From: a virus
Taxonomy: Duplodnaviria > Caudoviricetes
Virus record (IMG/VR): IMGVR_UViG_3300023108_000002
Length of the DNA: 64,000 bases
Strand: one strand, 5' to 3'
Below the pieces are notes generated by a model. That model was not told the DNA's origin, made no database searches, and saw only the letters and a list, made by a program, of their open reading frames with translations. Shown here one piece after another: positions 31,201 to 39,197 of this stretch; the stretch's first letter is position 1; the number at the start of each line of letters is the position of its first letter. Both the position numbers and the translations under genes were made by a program.

Positions 31201-34200
31201 TGGAGTCACAGTTCCATCAGTATTTAACATTACAACATCATTTACAGATGCAGAAGATGTAGATGTATATTCTACGATATTGGTGTTTGGAATATCGGCA
31301 GCGGTGATATATCCGGCACCATTAGCCAACTGATTATTATCTGTTGGTTGTGCTACCCATTCATAATCTGTACCATTCCAGCTTAAAACTTCATTTGATG
31401 TCGCTGTACTTTGGTTTAGATGTAAATCTACACTTGCATCGCTATAACTACCTGCCGCCGTGATTTGTTGACCGACATATGCTTTTGTCGCATATGTACC
31501 CAAATCTGCACTTGTAAGTTCGTCAGTAAAATCTAATGCAAGAGATGTTGCATTGATAGCAACACCAAGTTTGGCATTTTTAGAGTCTGGTGCCGTCGCC
31601 AAAGTTCCATTGTCTATTACATAATATGTTGACCCAGTAGTAAGTCCAGAAAGTCCTGTATGAATTCCAAACTCCAAAGTTACATCAATAGTTGTTCCGG
31701 CAGTTGCTGCAATACCATGAACTTTAGATGCATCTAGGTTGGACTCTCCATAAGGAAACTGAAGATGTTTTACTCTATATTCATGTCTATAGTTTCCACT
31801 ATCATATCTCCTATTTTTCCAAGAAATTGAAAACTGTCCCGATTGATGTGGATTATCAAATTGTAACGGAACTGAAGAATGACTCCATCCACTTGTTTGA
31901 ACGGCCCCGGCAGTGTTTGTAATACTTGTCCCATTCACATCCCATATTTCATAAAAAGACTCTAAGGTATAGTTGCTTTTGTCATCGTATGAAACCATGA
32001 ATGTACTAGATTTTTTGGCAAATTTAAGGTCGTATGGAGTACCGTTATAGCTATTTGCGGTAGTGTCCCATGTAACTGTACTTCCCACAGAAGTGAGAGT
32101 GTGATTACTATCAATGGAGAATTGTCGTAGATATGAGTTAGAATTTGGATAAAACGAGAGATTGACTCGATATGCCGCAACAGCATTTCCACTGATTGGA
32201 TCAATTCCTACTGCTGTAGCAATTGAATTTAGATTGAAACTACCACCAAAAGTTGCGGTTTGAGTATCCCAGTCAACAATACCTGCGACGATCGATGTAG
32301 TTCCATCTTTTGCAATAAACTTACCTTCAGTATTGTGGTCAAAAGAAAATCCTGATTTTCCAGTAACATCAACGGGATCGCCATATGTTAGTGTGGTTCC
32401 GTCCCATTCGATTCTAACGAGTTTTTTGTTTCCGCTAGCATCACTATATTCCATGATAAATTTGTCTGTTGTGCCTGGAGTACTTCCAGCATAATCGTAT
32501 TGGAATCTTTGAGAGCCAGAAGAATAACCTTCGGTGTTGTAATCTGGATGTGTAATGTAAGTTCCATCCCAAGTAACAGCAGTTCCACTAACTGTACCCT
32601 GCAATGACATAACTTGGTGTCCAGTTGCAGATGTGGACTTGCCTATAACTAAAATTCTATCTGGATCGACAGAACTAAAAAGAATATATGGTTCTTCTCC
32701 TTGAGTGGTACTTAATCCTCTAGTACCGTTAGCTGCATTATAATCGCTAAAGAGGTATTCAGTACCATACGAAAAGGTTCCACTGTTGTTTATTTGAATA
32801 CAACCATTCCATCCATTACTTTCTACCCACATTGTGAAATATTTGTCTGGTGTTGAAGAACCCCCAACAATTGCAGATTCTCCAGATGCATTATTTTCAG
32901 TGCCTGCCGAGGTAATGTAATTTTCACCCTTATTCGCTATAAATGGATAATTTGTAGGTTCAACTACAGTCACAGTTCCATCAGTATTCAACATTACAAC
33001 ATCATTTACAGCAGCTGTATTTGTTGAAGTATATTCTACAACATTTCCACCAGAGACATTGTTTGCAACATAGTTTTGTACATATGTTTCTGTTGCAAGA
33101 CCTGTTAAGTCTGCGTTTGCAACGGTTTCAATCCATCCTGTAGTTTTATAGATATAGAGTTTTTGTGTATCTTCAACAAATGCAATGTCACCAACTGTGT
33201 TTCCGACGGCTGGAAGATACGTTGCATCACTATAGATGTTGACAGATGCAACCAAAGATGTTCCATCTGGTGCAATCAGAGTTGCAGTACCAGCAACTTC
33301 TTTAATCTTATTCTCAAAACTTGGAGTATTTTCTACATATGTTGCCAAGTCTTGTGGTACAAACTTGTTTGTCGATGAATCATACACTAGACACATTTGT
33401 GATGTAAGTGTTGGTAGAGGACGAAGTTCAATTGTCTGTACATGTCCTTCTTGGTTGTGCTGGCCATATATTAAATAGTTGCCATTCGCGTTTGTTTCAA
33501 CTGCCAAATCCTTAACGCGAATAATACCACGCATATTTGAATGATTTCCACACTGATAGTATAGAATATCTGGTGCGTTTGACGGCACAACAAATGTGAT
33601 TGTTCCAGTTTCATTTCTAGAACCAGTAACACCAGAAGTCCATTCACCAAAATATGTTCCTGCTGAAAAATTGGTGCCGTTGTCGGTTGTAAAGTAGAAT
33701 GGATGGCCAGCTGCATTGATATTGACAGTATATGTACCACCACGATAAAACGGCCCAATCTCTGGATTGTTTCCACTAGCAGTACCACTAAACACATAAG
33801 CTCCTGTGGTAGAAGTGACATCATAAGAAACAGACGGAGCAACGAGTGTAGGTAGTGTGATAGAAGAAGGAACACTCACAGCAAGTCTTTGAACATCTTG
33901 TGCAGTCCCGCCGTTGATGTCTGGGTGACTATCATTTACAATTGATGTAGTTACCCAAGGAACAAGGTTATCATCTCCAGCGCCCTCAATCCATTTCAAT
34001 TTGAAATCGTGCCTTTGCGTCATTGATCCATGAACAGTATGTGCAAAGTTATTGATTTGATATGTTCCCTCCAAATAAAGTGGAACAACGGTTTGTGGTG
34101 AATTTGTAATTGCAAGTCTGGCAAAAGGCAAAGCGGATTGTGTCCAAGTCCACTGCCATGCCGTTCCGTGGCCTGCTGTTGGATCATCTACTTGAATTTC

Positions 34201-34698
34201 GAGTGTTTCTGGTGTTACAGAAAGATCAAAGTTCAGAATATCATCTGAACTAAATGTTGTTTCTCCAAGATACAATGTGTTTGAACTCAGATATAAATCT
34301 CTAAATTTGTTCGTTGCAGAACCCAAATCAAGAGTTTCGTTAGTTGCAGGGATGATTGCAGAACCCAATGATTGCAGATTTGCATCTGACATATATTTGT
34401 TGGAAATTCCTTCTAGGATATCATCAGAGGTTACGGAAGGTGAAAGAGCAGATTGAGAAGTATTTCTAACTTGTTTTAGGGCCTGTGACAGTTTAATGAC
34501 TTCATCCGTAGTTGCACCAGAAGATAGAGTTTGTGCTCTCGAATCAATTGCAGCTTCAATGTCAGTATCTTCAGTCAAACCAACTGATTTTGCCGCCCTT
34601 GCAAGTGCCAAAAGTTCATCTACAGTTGCTGTAGGAATATCATTTAATAATCTTGTACGAATTCCACTAATCGATGTTGAAAGATTGGTATCTGCCAT
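25225..34698 (-). CDS. Giant multi-domain fibre/receptor-binding protein (3157 aa)
   Basis: MADTNLSTSI N-terminus, two cupredoxin-like H...CxxHxxM domains, three VEYTST...HGIAA..GTTIDVT cassettes, two NLVDSAPATLDTLNELAAALGDD motifs, a TAWD propeller. Confidence 0.85.
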   Translation of the reverse strand: MADTNLSTSISGIRTRLLNDIPTATVDELLALARAAKSVGLTEDTDIEAAIDSRAQTLSSGATTDEVIKLSQALKQVRNTSQSALSPSVTSDDILEGISNKYMSDANLQSLGSAIIPATNETLDLGSATNKFRDLYLSSNTLYLGETTFSSDDILNFDLSVTPETLEIQVDDPTAGHGTAWQWTWTQSALPFARLAITNSPQTVVPLYLEGTYQINNFAHTVHGSMTQRHDFKLKWIEGAGDDNLVPWVTTSIVNDSHPDINGGTAQDVQRLAVSVPSSITLPTLVAPSVSYDVTSTTGAYVFSGTASGNNPEIGPFYRGGTYTVNINAAGHPFYFTTDNGTNFSAGTYFGEWTSGVTGSRNETGTITFVVPSNAPDILYYQCGNHSNMRGIIRVKDLAVETNANGNYLIYGQHNQEGHVQTIELRPLPTLTSQMCLVYDSSTNKFVPQDLATYVENTPSFENKIKEVAGTATLIAPDGTSLVASVNIYSDATYLPAVGNTVGDIAFVEDTQKLYIYKTTGWIETVANADLTGLATETYVQNYVANNVSGGNVVEYTSTNTAAVNDVVMLNTDGTVTVVEPTNYPFIANKGENYITSAGTENNASGESAIVGGSSTPDKYFTMWVESNGWNGCIQINNSGTFSYGTEYLFSDYNAANGTRGLSTTQGEEPYILFSSVDPDRILVIGKSTSATGHQVMSLQGTVSGTAVTWDGTYITHPDYNTEGYSSGSQRFQYDYAGSTPGTTDKFIMEYSDASGNKKLVRIEWDGTTLTYGDPVDVTGKSGFSFDHNTEGKFIAKDGTTSIVAGIVDWDTQTATFGGSFNLNSIATAVGIDPISGNAVAAYRVNLSFYPNSNSYLRQFSIDSNHTLTSVGSTVTWDTTANSYNGTPYDLKFAKKSSTFMVSYDDKSNYTLESFYEIWDVNGTSITNTAGAVQTSGWSHSSVPLQFDNPHQSGQFSISWKNRRYDSGNYRHEYRVKHLQFPYGESNLDASKVHGIAATAGTTIDVTLEFGIHTGLSGLTTGSTYYVIDNGTLATAPDSKNAKLGVAINATSLALDFTDELTSADLGTYATKAYVGQQITAAGSYSDASVDLHLNQSTATSNEVLSWNGTDYEWVAQPTDNNQLANGAGYITAADIPNTNIVEYTSTSSASVNDVVMLNTDGTVTPVEVATSPEQLTNQGYNGSYQQLLPNNEGYTISNTNGLVAAHVGYWLFPTQTDNKYISVAFDEAPGSIFEMKIVSAEYNSSTETWTYGTEYQDLASLGNSLGLATSDNPYVIGSPDNPDKFLILGPKKNGGSSDLIIHAVGTMGGVGITWSDTGTNSSNSGPTYNSRLDHINWYYDHAGSTAGSYKIIGAYRDNSSNCRIFRVTWDGNATIQYSDDFAIPHPIDSRSLDFSKLTEGRFAGVDASGNLRIGDIDWGTGNITVGTAYGLTSFNTNFGTDAPAHVAWRDSSEHFVVAWSVGGGSNSLKLRAFSTTGNSAVAEGSEYSLGYNQGGTYGHLSGNMAFYKNSNMFALTNAGYYYLNNTSNSKDGSFITHFSVNSSLNIVIGTSRVTHGNNSYAKNTGFGYPGKIQMDPFRSAKGSISAPGNTNATSLVVKLFAQPTQGVYTESNLDASKIHGIAASAGTTIDVTVEGGIHTGLSGLTAGSKYYVLSDGSLSATPDTNNAKVGLAMSSTTLAVDLLDELTDASLATYATKAYVDTSVANLVDSAPATLDTLNELAAALGDDANFSTTITNSLANKLEASDLNGYATETYVNNQITAAGSYSDASVDLHLNQSTATTDQMLVWDGSDYAWSTPAEKINIEGGFADMDATNDQGQSQNINLLSSEGSLHINETDTFDINGNLMYAAGTAIRFQAEMFGSGIYYTLATPWDTSSTWTHVGSSYIRPSTSGNYYGSASTDAKPTTYRISYDGIKAFVLDRQDTQNNSSGAIYTYSSSGFNNIIRPPNDGVSGNAWYQPFNTYTTNEFPLWDFRFSQDGTKIYLTFQSNTGNSDPNEIQRFDLTTAWDLSTASASAVQTLATPTTGHSGARFAISPDGKTGAFIKNGVDIVYYTTFSTAFDLTTASSWSQWPASIHGGNGPADIFFKPDGTKLYIMSDKGSYGGRIFQYDIPVSDFAAVATSGNYNDLSNTPSLATVATSGSYNDLTNTPTIPTNNNQLTNGAGYITASDVPNPSVVEYTSTNTAAVNDVVMLNTDGTVTVVEPTNYPFVRVSANNAQMTSGFGGASSYVGTIAHHSTREKAMLLFPGGTGHSDNNMLVPFIKSGSTISAGTAFASGNHLSIRDPHAFFGPAGTYEDTFIYLAASSNGNSILKVGTITGTTVNGLSNLSGGNGSVSIGHSGNRCLFYHGGFSGDVLTLYAKFPNSNNKAALRKFTYDFATETFDTSYPEIETSSSEVFEWEHTAVDPATPTRIAVYRQEGSGATRKGIIKFATVDWDIGTIVLGPQTDLFTRSGTHSVGASEIQNHQEFHPTNGLLATVTTTPADGGGDAPYRLKMALYSADANLNVTNVSGNITIQGGANVQVGKVRGNICWTKGSNTGSSPNAPTLIIPWWNTNDTYPVTRYYHFDNSGNLVSSNDSQINGPDDFPQNINKWIYSSPFNDGDTAAYTLASNYPEVVMTQGAYGESNFDATKLHGVAASAGTTIDVTLEYGIHTGLSGLTTGTKYFVTDGGGISTSGVAKLGTAINATSLALDFADELTSADLGTYATKAYVASQIPSLTGYATETYVDTSVANLVDSAPATLDTLNELAAALGDDPNFATTITNQIASKANAYSTVTVTASGGYFYIDGIQQATLSFEPGRTYRFDQSDASNGSHPLRFSTTSDGTHASGVEYTVGVTTNGTAGSAGAYTEIAITHATPDLYYYCTNHSGMGAGSVVGNFSGSYSDLTGTPTPYSDSMVDTHLNQSSASTGQVLSWNGSDYSWADVAGGATTSDTAPTSPSAGEFWFKSDSADLYLYYTDADSSQWIQVGGAAASTTTGSSSSSSTTPFTKFYLSASQPGSTVSSSSYLGQNVGTWYEATFANAANTAGLSPDSSDRDPTLTGITFSGDKFSGFVQNGTYEISVQPEVYERNSTAGQRYHGWEASTGAFSSAGWLSPGTGSFNINGVTVPDSIIVTFEDATPANNWIRYILESDQSGDYWIGQAILTIKKIG

Positions 34699-34728
34699 CT
34701 CTTTTGCCCTTTTTGTAATGTTTTCTTC

Positions 34729-34736
34729 TATTTATT
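34729..34736 (-). promoter_or_regulatory. Late promoter variant AATAAATA
   Basis: 30 nt upstream of the 34698 start. Confidence 0.5.
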
Positions 34737-35328
34737 ATTTGTGTGATTGGGGATTTATTAAAACCCTAACATAAGATTGATTTTTCAATACCTTTTTATA
34801 AACAATATAATCTATTCGATTATCATAACAAATTTTCAAAATTTCTTTCGGGCCCTTCCAATCAGAATCTTCCCCTAACAGTTCTGGTTCATCTGACGCA
34901 GCCTTTATATTTTTTGTACCCATTTGTTTCCATCGATCTATACTGATTCTATCTTCAATATTATTTTTGTATATCTTTGTTGTCCATATTCTGTCATTAT
35001 TGTTTATATAATATCCTCTTCCAGTGATCGATTGATGTGAAACTCTATAAGCCTCTGAATCAACATCCTTCCACGTTGATTCAGTTGTATAAAATCTCTT
35101 CTTATTTGTGGATAAACTTTCCAGATCTACTCCATATTTTATTTCTTCATTTGGATTGTCTTTGAATATTCTTGGCACATTATCGATCCCAATTGCCTTT
35201 ACAAGATTCTTATATCCTTTAACCATCAAACAAATTGAAAATTCTCCATTCCTATAAGAAAATATCAAGTCGGTGGCATCCGAATAGTCATATTCTGTTA
35301 AAAAAAATTTATTAAATAAATGTATCAT
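34735..35328 (-). CDS. Hypothetical protein
   Basis: 197-aa ORF whose start overlaps the upstream stop (ATGA-type). K/N/I-rich, no recognised motif. Confidence 0.7.
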   Translation of the reverse strand: MIHLFNKFFLTEYDYSDATDLIFSYRNGEFSICLMVKGYKNLVKAIGIDNVPRIFKDNPNEEIKYGVDLESLSTNKKRFYTTESTWKDVDSEAYRVSHQSITGRGYYINNNDRIWTTKIYKNNIEDRISIDRWKQMGTKNIKAASDEPELLGEDSDWKGPKEILKICYDNRIDYIVYKKVLKNQSYVRVLINPQSHK

Positions 35329-36134
35329 AATGTCACCGTATATTCCCCTTCGGCCGAGTATATATATTCGTTGCTGTTAATTGTAATTTTAACATATCCC
35401 CCAGCGCCATTTCCCCCATTTGTGCCACCGTCGACCCCACCAAGGCCAGGAGCTCCAACTACTATTGTCATTATTGAACCGCTTGGAATTTCTATGGCAT
35501 AATTTTCAGAACTCACTTCCCGAATAGCTGCATCGCCGCCCTCTCCTGCTGGGTCTCGATTGTATATTCCTCCGTATGAGTTCGTCTGGACGCGGCCGCC
35601 GCCTCCACCGCCCCCCGCGCCATAGCTTGTGCCCGGCGCACCGCCTCCATTGGACTTTAATCCTCCGCCAGCACCACCAGAGCCATAATAAGAGGCGTCA
35701 CCAGTTCTGTCAGAAGATCCCCGATCAACCGAGCTCGCGATGCCTCCTTCGGCACCACTTGATGTTACTGATAAAATTGTAGTTACAACATCATTATCAT
35801 CTGTATGTTCAATTACAATACTGCTATCGCCACCCGTTTCTCCGTCCGTAACGCCGACTGTAGTTTGGCCATTATTCATTCCTGATCCACCGCCTCCACC
35901 ACCACCAATTAATTCATACTCAACTGGAATTGGAGATTCCGTTCCATAAAAATCATCAAAACTTATGGGATCTCCTTGGATTTCTGGGACCTCAGAATTC
36001 GCTGGCAAATCTTGAACATATCCAACTGTTCTATAATAATCTTCGAATGAAACCCTCTGCCAAGTAGGTGAAGCTGAATTATGAACTAATTGGATATCTC
36101 GTATTGATATAGCTCCAGAAGATTGTATTGGCAT
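35325..36134 (-). CDS. Glycine-rich adhesin-like fibre tip protein
   Basis: MPIQSSGAIS...EDYYR...ISFDDFYG N-terminus followed by polyglycine tracts (ELIGGGGGGGSG, YGAGGGGGGG). Confidence 0.7.
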   Translation of the reverse strand: MPIQSSGAISIRDIQLVHNSASPTWQRVSFEDYYRTVGYVQDLPANSEVPEIQGDPISFDDFYGTESPIPVEYELIGGGGGGGSGMNNGQTTVGVTDGETGGDSSIVIEHTDDNDVVTTILSVTSSGAEGGIASSVDRGSSDRTGDASYYGSGGAGGGLKSNGGGAPGTSYGAGGGGGGGRVQTNSYGGIYNRDPAGEGGDAAIREVSSENYAIEIPSGSIMTIVVGAPGLGGVDGGTNGGNGAGGYVKITINSNEYIYSAEGEYTVTL

Positions 36135-36379
36135 TATGTCATATCCGAAAATGCAGTGAGATTGCCTCTGGTTTCAATATCACCAGTTGTTGATATTCTC
36201 ATCATTAATGTGCCGTTATATGTAAATAGTAGTCTATTTGATGAGTCTTGTGAAACTGTCCAATTTTCCAATCCAAACTGATCTACAACCCATTTATCAT
36301 CGGTTGCATTATATTCCCAAGTTTTGACACCAATTGTATGTTTATCTCCATTAGAAGGATTTGTAGGAAACTCTGCCAT
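36134..36379 (-). CDS. Small fibre protein
   Basis: MAEFPTNP module, ending GDIETRGNLTAFSDMT. Stop overlaps the next start (TAATG). Confidence 0.75.
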   Translation of the reverse strand: MAEFPTNPSNGDKHTIGVKTWEYNATDDKWVVDQFGLENWTVSQDSSNRLLFTYNGTLMMRISTTGDIETRGNLTAFSDMT

Positions 36380-36405
36380 TTATTTCTCCTTTTTCTATCT
36401 ATCCT

Positions 36406-39099
36406 TTATGAATAATATATATTTGTGCTGTGGGTGGTGTTTTTATCACTACTTGTTGATTGTGCCTGAACTTGAATAGAAGTTACTGCACCAGAACCAA
36501 CCCAAGCTGTGCCTGGCACCGTAACATTTCTACTATTGAGAAAATATGTTCCCGATCCAGTAGTGGCATCAATATAAATTAAATAATCAAAATCGATTAC
36601 ACTTCCATCGCCGTCGTTCTGCACTGATCCGGCCGCTCTTTGCGTGCCATTTACGAATAACCTTCCCTGACCTTGACTATTGTTTTGACTGCTTGTGCTT
36701 CCTTTTATTAGGATACCTTTAGTTCCAGATGGTATTGTTGCACTACTATTTGAGGTGCCATTATTACTACCTGTAGCACTTACGGTTTCGGTTGAACTCC
36801 ACGCACCAAAGACAACGGAAGAAGAAGTGTCAATAAAACTAAATGTTCCGCTTCCATCAGTTGATAAAACTTGACCATTAGTTCCATCTGTGATGCCTAA
36901 ATCTGTAAGAGAAGTAGCAGTGTCAATAAAACTAAATGTTCCGCTTCCATCAGTTGATAAAACTTGACCATTAGTTCCATCTGTGATGCCTAAATCTGTA
37001 AGAGAAGTAGCAGTGTCAATAAAACTAAATGTTCCGCTTCCATCAGTTGATAAAACTTGACCATTAGTTCCATCTGTGATGCCTAAATCTGTAAGAGAAG
37101 TTGGAATAATTCCATCAACATCCGTCAAATCATTAATATCATCTGGAATTTCTGTTGCTCCAGTAATCTCTAAAATTGCATCATCGACATATGTTTCAGT
37201 TGCATATCCAGTTAAGTCTGGCCCAACCGCTGGAGTGAATGTAAATTGGCCAGTTGTAGCACTATACGCTAATGCACCGCCACCAGAAGCAGTTGCAGTT
37301 ACAACAGATAAATCTGAAAATTCTACCATGTCTTGGATTGCAGTATTTAATGCAGTGGTTGTTACATATCCCGACAAGTCAGTAGAACCACCACCCCCGC
37401 CTGATGCTGGACTACCAACAACTCCAGTTAATTGTATCCAACTAAACCCATCCCACATTAACAATTCGCCGGCAGTTGCAGTATCAAACCAAAGTTCGCC
37501 CGGTTGTGGATCGGTTGGTGCGGTATCTCCGTATGTTGTAATAGTAAGATTATCAATTGTTGTTGATAAGTCAGTCTCGAGCGTGGTAATTCTCTCAATT
37601 ATGGTGTCATAAACAGCTGCGTCATCATTAATTGCTGCAGCTAGTTCATTTAGTGTATTGAGAGCGTCTGGAGCAGAATCTACAAGATTTGAAATTGCAG
37701 TATCTACATATGCCTTAATGCTTTCACTGCTAGCAATATTTGTTGCACTTGCAGCAGCAAAAGTATCATCATCTTGTAGTATTGCTGTAATACGCGAATC
37801 TGCTCTTGCGGCTGTATAGTAAAGATTAGTCGATCCCTCAGTTAAATCGTCAGTTGTTCCCGCTCCATTTAGATAAAGTTTAACCGTTCCTTCCGTTAAA
37901 TCGTCAGTTGTTCCCGCTCCATTTAGATAAAGATTATTGTCACCTTCTTTTACATCATCTGTAGTCAGTTGGCTTCGAACCACATTTTGCACTCTTCCAT
38001 CTGTATAATATAAATTTGTACCCTCTACAATAGTAGAAGTGTTGGGAATTTTAGTTTCATATCTTTCTGTAATGGAGTCATATTGTAAAATATGATTTTG
38101 ATCTGCTCCAAAAGTATTAAGATCTACAACTTGATTGCTTGAGATTTGCACGAATTCTGCTCCTATTTGTAATTCAACTGGATGAGCCCTTGCTTCGATT
38201 CCATAATTTTCTTTCAAATCTTCGATTTCTAATAGTGCCTGAGACATGTTCAAAACAACTCTCATGTGGCTTGTGTCTAAAATCAGAGCAGGCCCAGAAT
38301 AATTTCCTTGACGTTTTGCAACAGTTCTTTGAGATATGTGATGCGGGAGAACAACTACTGCTCTTGCTCGGAAATTATTTACTTCTGAAGGAATAATTCC
38401 TTCTACATTATAAAATTTATATCTACTTTCTTCATTAGTTGTCTGATTTTCAATAACAGTTTCAACTCTAGCTGGAATTATTTTTTTAACTTTATATGCA
38501 GTTGCTCCGCCTTGAGAATATGAGGATTGCCATCTAATGTATAGTGTGCCATCCGCAGCTTCAAAATATGGTTTATCCACAGCTCCATCATAATATCCAT
38601 CATATGTTAATGCGGTATTATTTGAAGTTAATATTGTATTATCGTATATAATCCCCCAAGTTTCACCATCAGTTAAAGTGCTCCAAATATCCCCTGCCGC
38701 CGAAAAGCTTCCGTCTGCATTTCCTTCGACCCATGCTGTTGTTGGATTTCTTCCACTACCTACAATTTGCGCGTCAAAGATTTGTGCTGGAATATCTTTG
38801 TCTACTGTGACTGCTGTTGTTGTTACTTTTGTATAAATTTCATCTTCTATTAAATCCCCCAATACAAACTTTGAACCATCGAGCTGAGAAAATTCTGGAG
38901 CTCCATTGAATGCTACGTTTTGTACTTTAACCACTCCATCTATTACTAGAGTCCAAGTCCCTTTGACAAATGATAGTGTCTGAAGATTCGAAGGAACTTC
39001 GGGATTCTGATCTCCGTCAAGATCTGAATCTGGGGTGTGATATATCCAGACAGTTGAGAAGTTTTGAGGATTTACATATTCAGTTAAATTAGTTGCCAT
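36406..39099 (-). CDS. Tail fibre protein (897 aa)
   Basis: TDDLTEG..NLY repeats, NLVDSAPDALNTLNELAAA motif, APTDPQPGELWF module, triple 31-aa repeat. Confidence 0.8.
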   Translation of the reverse strand: MATNLTEYVNPQNFSTVWIYHTPDSDLDGDQNPEVPSNLQTLSFVKGTWTLVIDGVVKVQNVAFNGAPEFSQLDGSKFVLGDLIEDEIYTKVTTTAVTVDKDIPAQIFDAQIVGSGRNPTTAWVEGNADGSFSAAGDIWSTLTDGETWGIIYDNTILTSNNTALTYDGYYDGAVDKPYFEAADGTLYIRWQSSYSQGGATAYKVKKIIPARVETVIENQTTNEESRYKFYNVEGIIPSEVNNFRARAVVVLPHHISQRTVAKRQGNYSGPALILDTSHMRVVLNMSQALLEIEDLKENYGIEARAHPVELQIGAEFVQISSNQVVDLNTFGADQNHILQYDSITERYETKIPNTSTIVEGTNLYYTDGRVQNVVRSQLTTDDVKEGDNNLYLNGAGTTDDLTEGTVKLYLNGAGTTDDLTEGSTNLYYTAARADSRITAILQDDDTFAAASATNIASSESIKAYVDTAISNLVDSAPDALNTLNELAAAINDDAAVYDTIIERITTLETDLSTTIDNLTITTYGDTAPTDPQPGELWFDTATAGELLMWDGFSWIQLTGVVGSPASGGGGGSTDLSGYVTTTALNTAIQDMVEFSDLSVVTATASGGGALAYSATTGQFTFTPAVGPDLTGYATETYVDDAILEITGATEIPDDINDLTDVDGIIPTSLTDLGITDGTNGQVLSTDGSGTFSFIDTATSLTDLGITDGTNGQVLSTDGSGTFSFIDTATSLTDLGITDGTNGQVLSTDGSGTFSFIDTSSSVVFGAWSSTETVSATGSNNGTSNSSATIPSGTKGILIKGSTSSQNNSQGQGRLFVNGTQRAAGSVQNDGDGSVIDFDYLIYIDATTGSGTYFLNSRNVTVPGTAWVGSGAVTSIQVQAQSTSSDKNTTHSTNIYYS
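36826..37101. repeat. Exact in-frame 93-bp tandem repeat, about three copies
   Basis: GTGTCAATAAAACT recurs at 36827, 36920 and 37013. It encodes TSLTDLGITDGTNGQVLSTDGSGTFSFIDT(A/S). Confidence 0.95.
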
Positions 39100-39123
39100 T
39101 TATTGGTTCCATATTCTGTCTTT

Positions 39124-39131
39124 TATTTATA
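39124..39131 (-). promoter_or_regulatory. T4-type late promoter heading the fibre operon
   Basis: TATAAATA on the minus strand 24 nt upstream of 39099. Confidence 0.75.
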
Positions 39132-39138
39132 ATAGTTA

Positions 39139-39167
39139 TTGACAGGCGACTTGAAATAGTATATAGT
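39139..39167 (+). promoter_or_regulatory. Sigma70-type early promoter
   Basis: TTGACA-17nt-TATAGT. Confidence 0.8.
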
Positions 39168-39197
39168 GAAAATATTATTATTTGAAAGGATTTATTT

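Noticed and set aside
36826-37101. CRISPR-like array
   Set aside because: The repeats are contiguous with no spacers and lie in frame inside a CDS.
1191-38396. Numerous 60-210 aa ORFs antisense or off-frame to fibre genes (for example 4585-5013, 11503-11919, 12609-13247, 37076-37612)
   Set aside because: Shadow ORFs of Gly/Ser/Thr-rich coding sequence, with no RBS and no protein-like motifs.
1-39099. Diversity-generating retroelement or invertase shufflon acting on the fibre array
   Set aside because: No reverse transcriptase, no template/variable repeat pair with adenine-specific mismatches, and no recombinase or inverted crossover sites were seen in the window. All fibre genes share one orientation.
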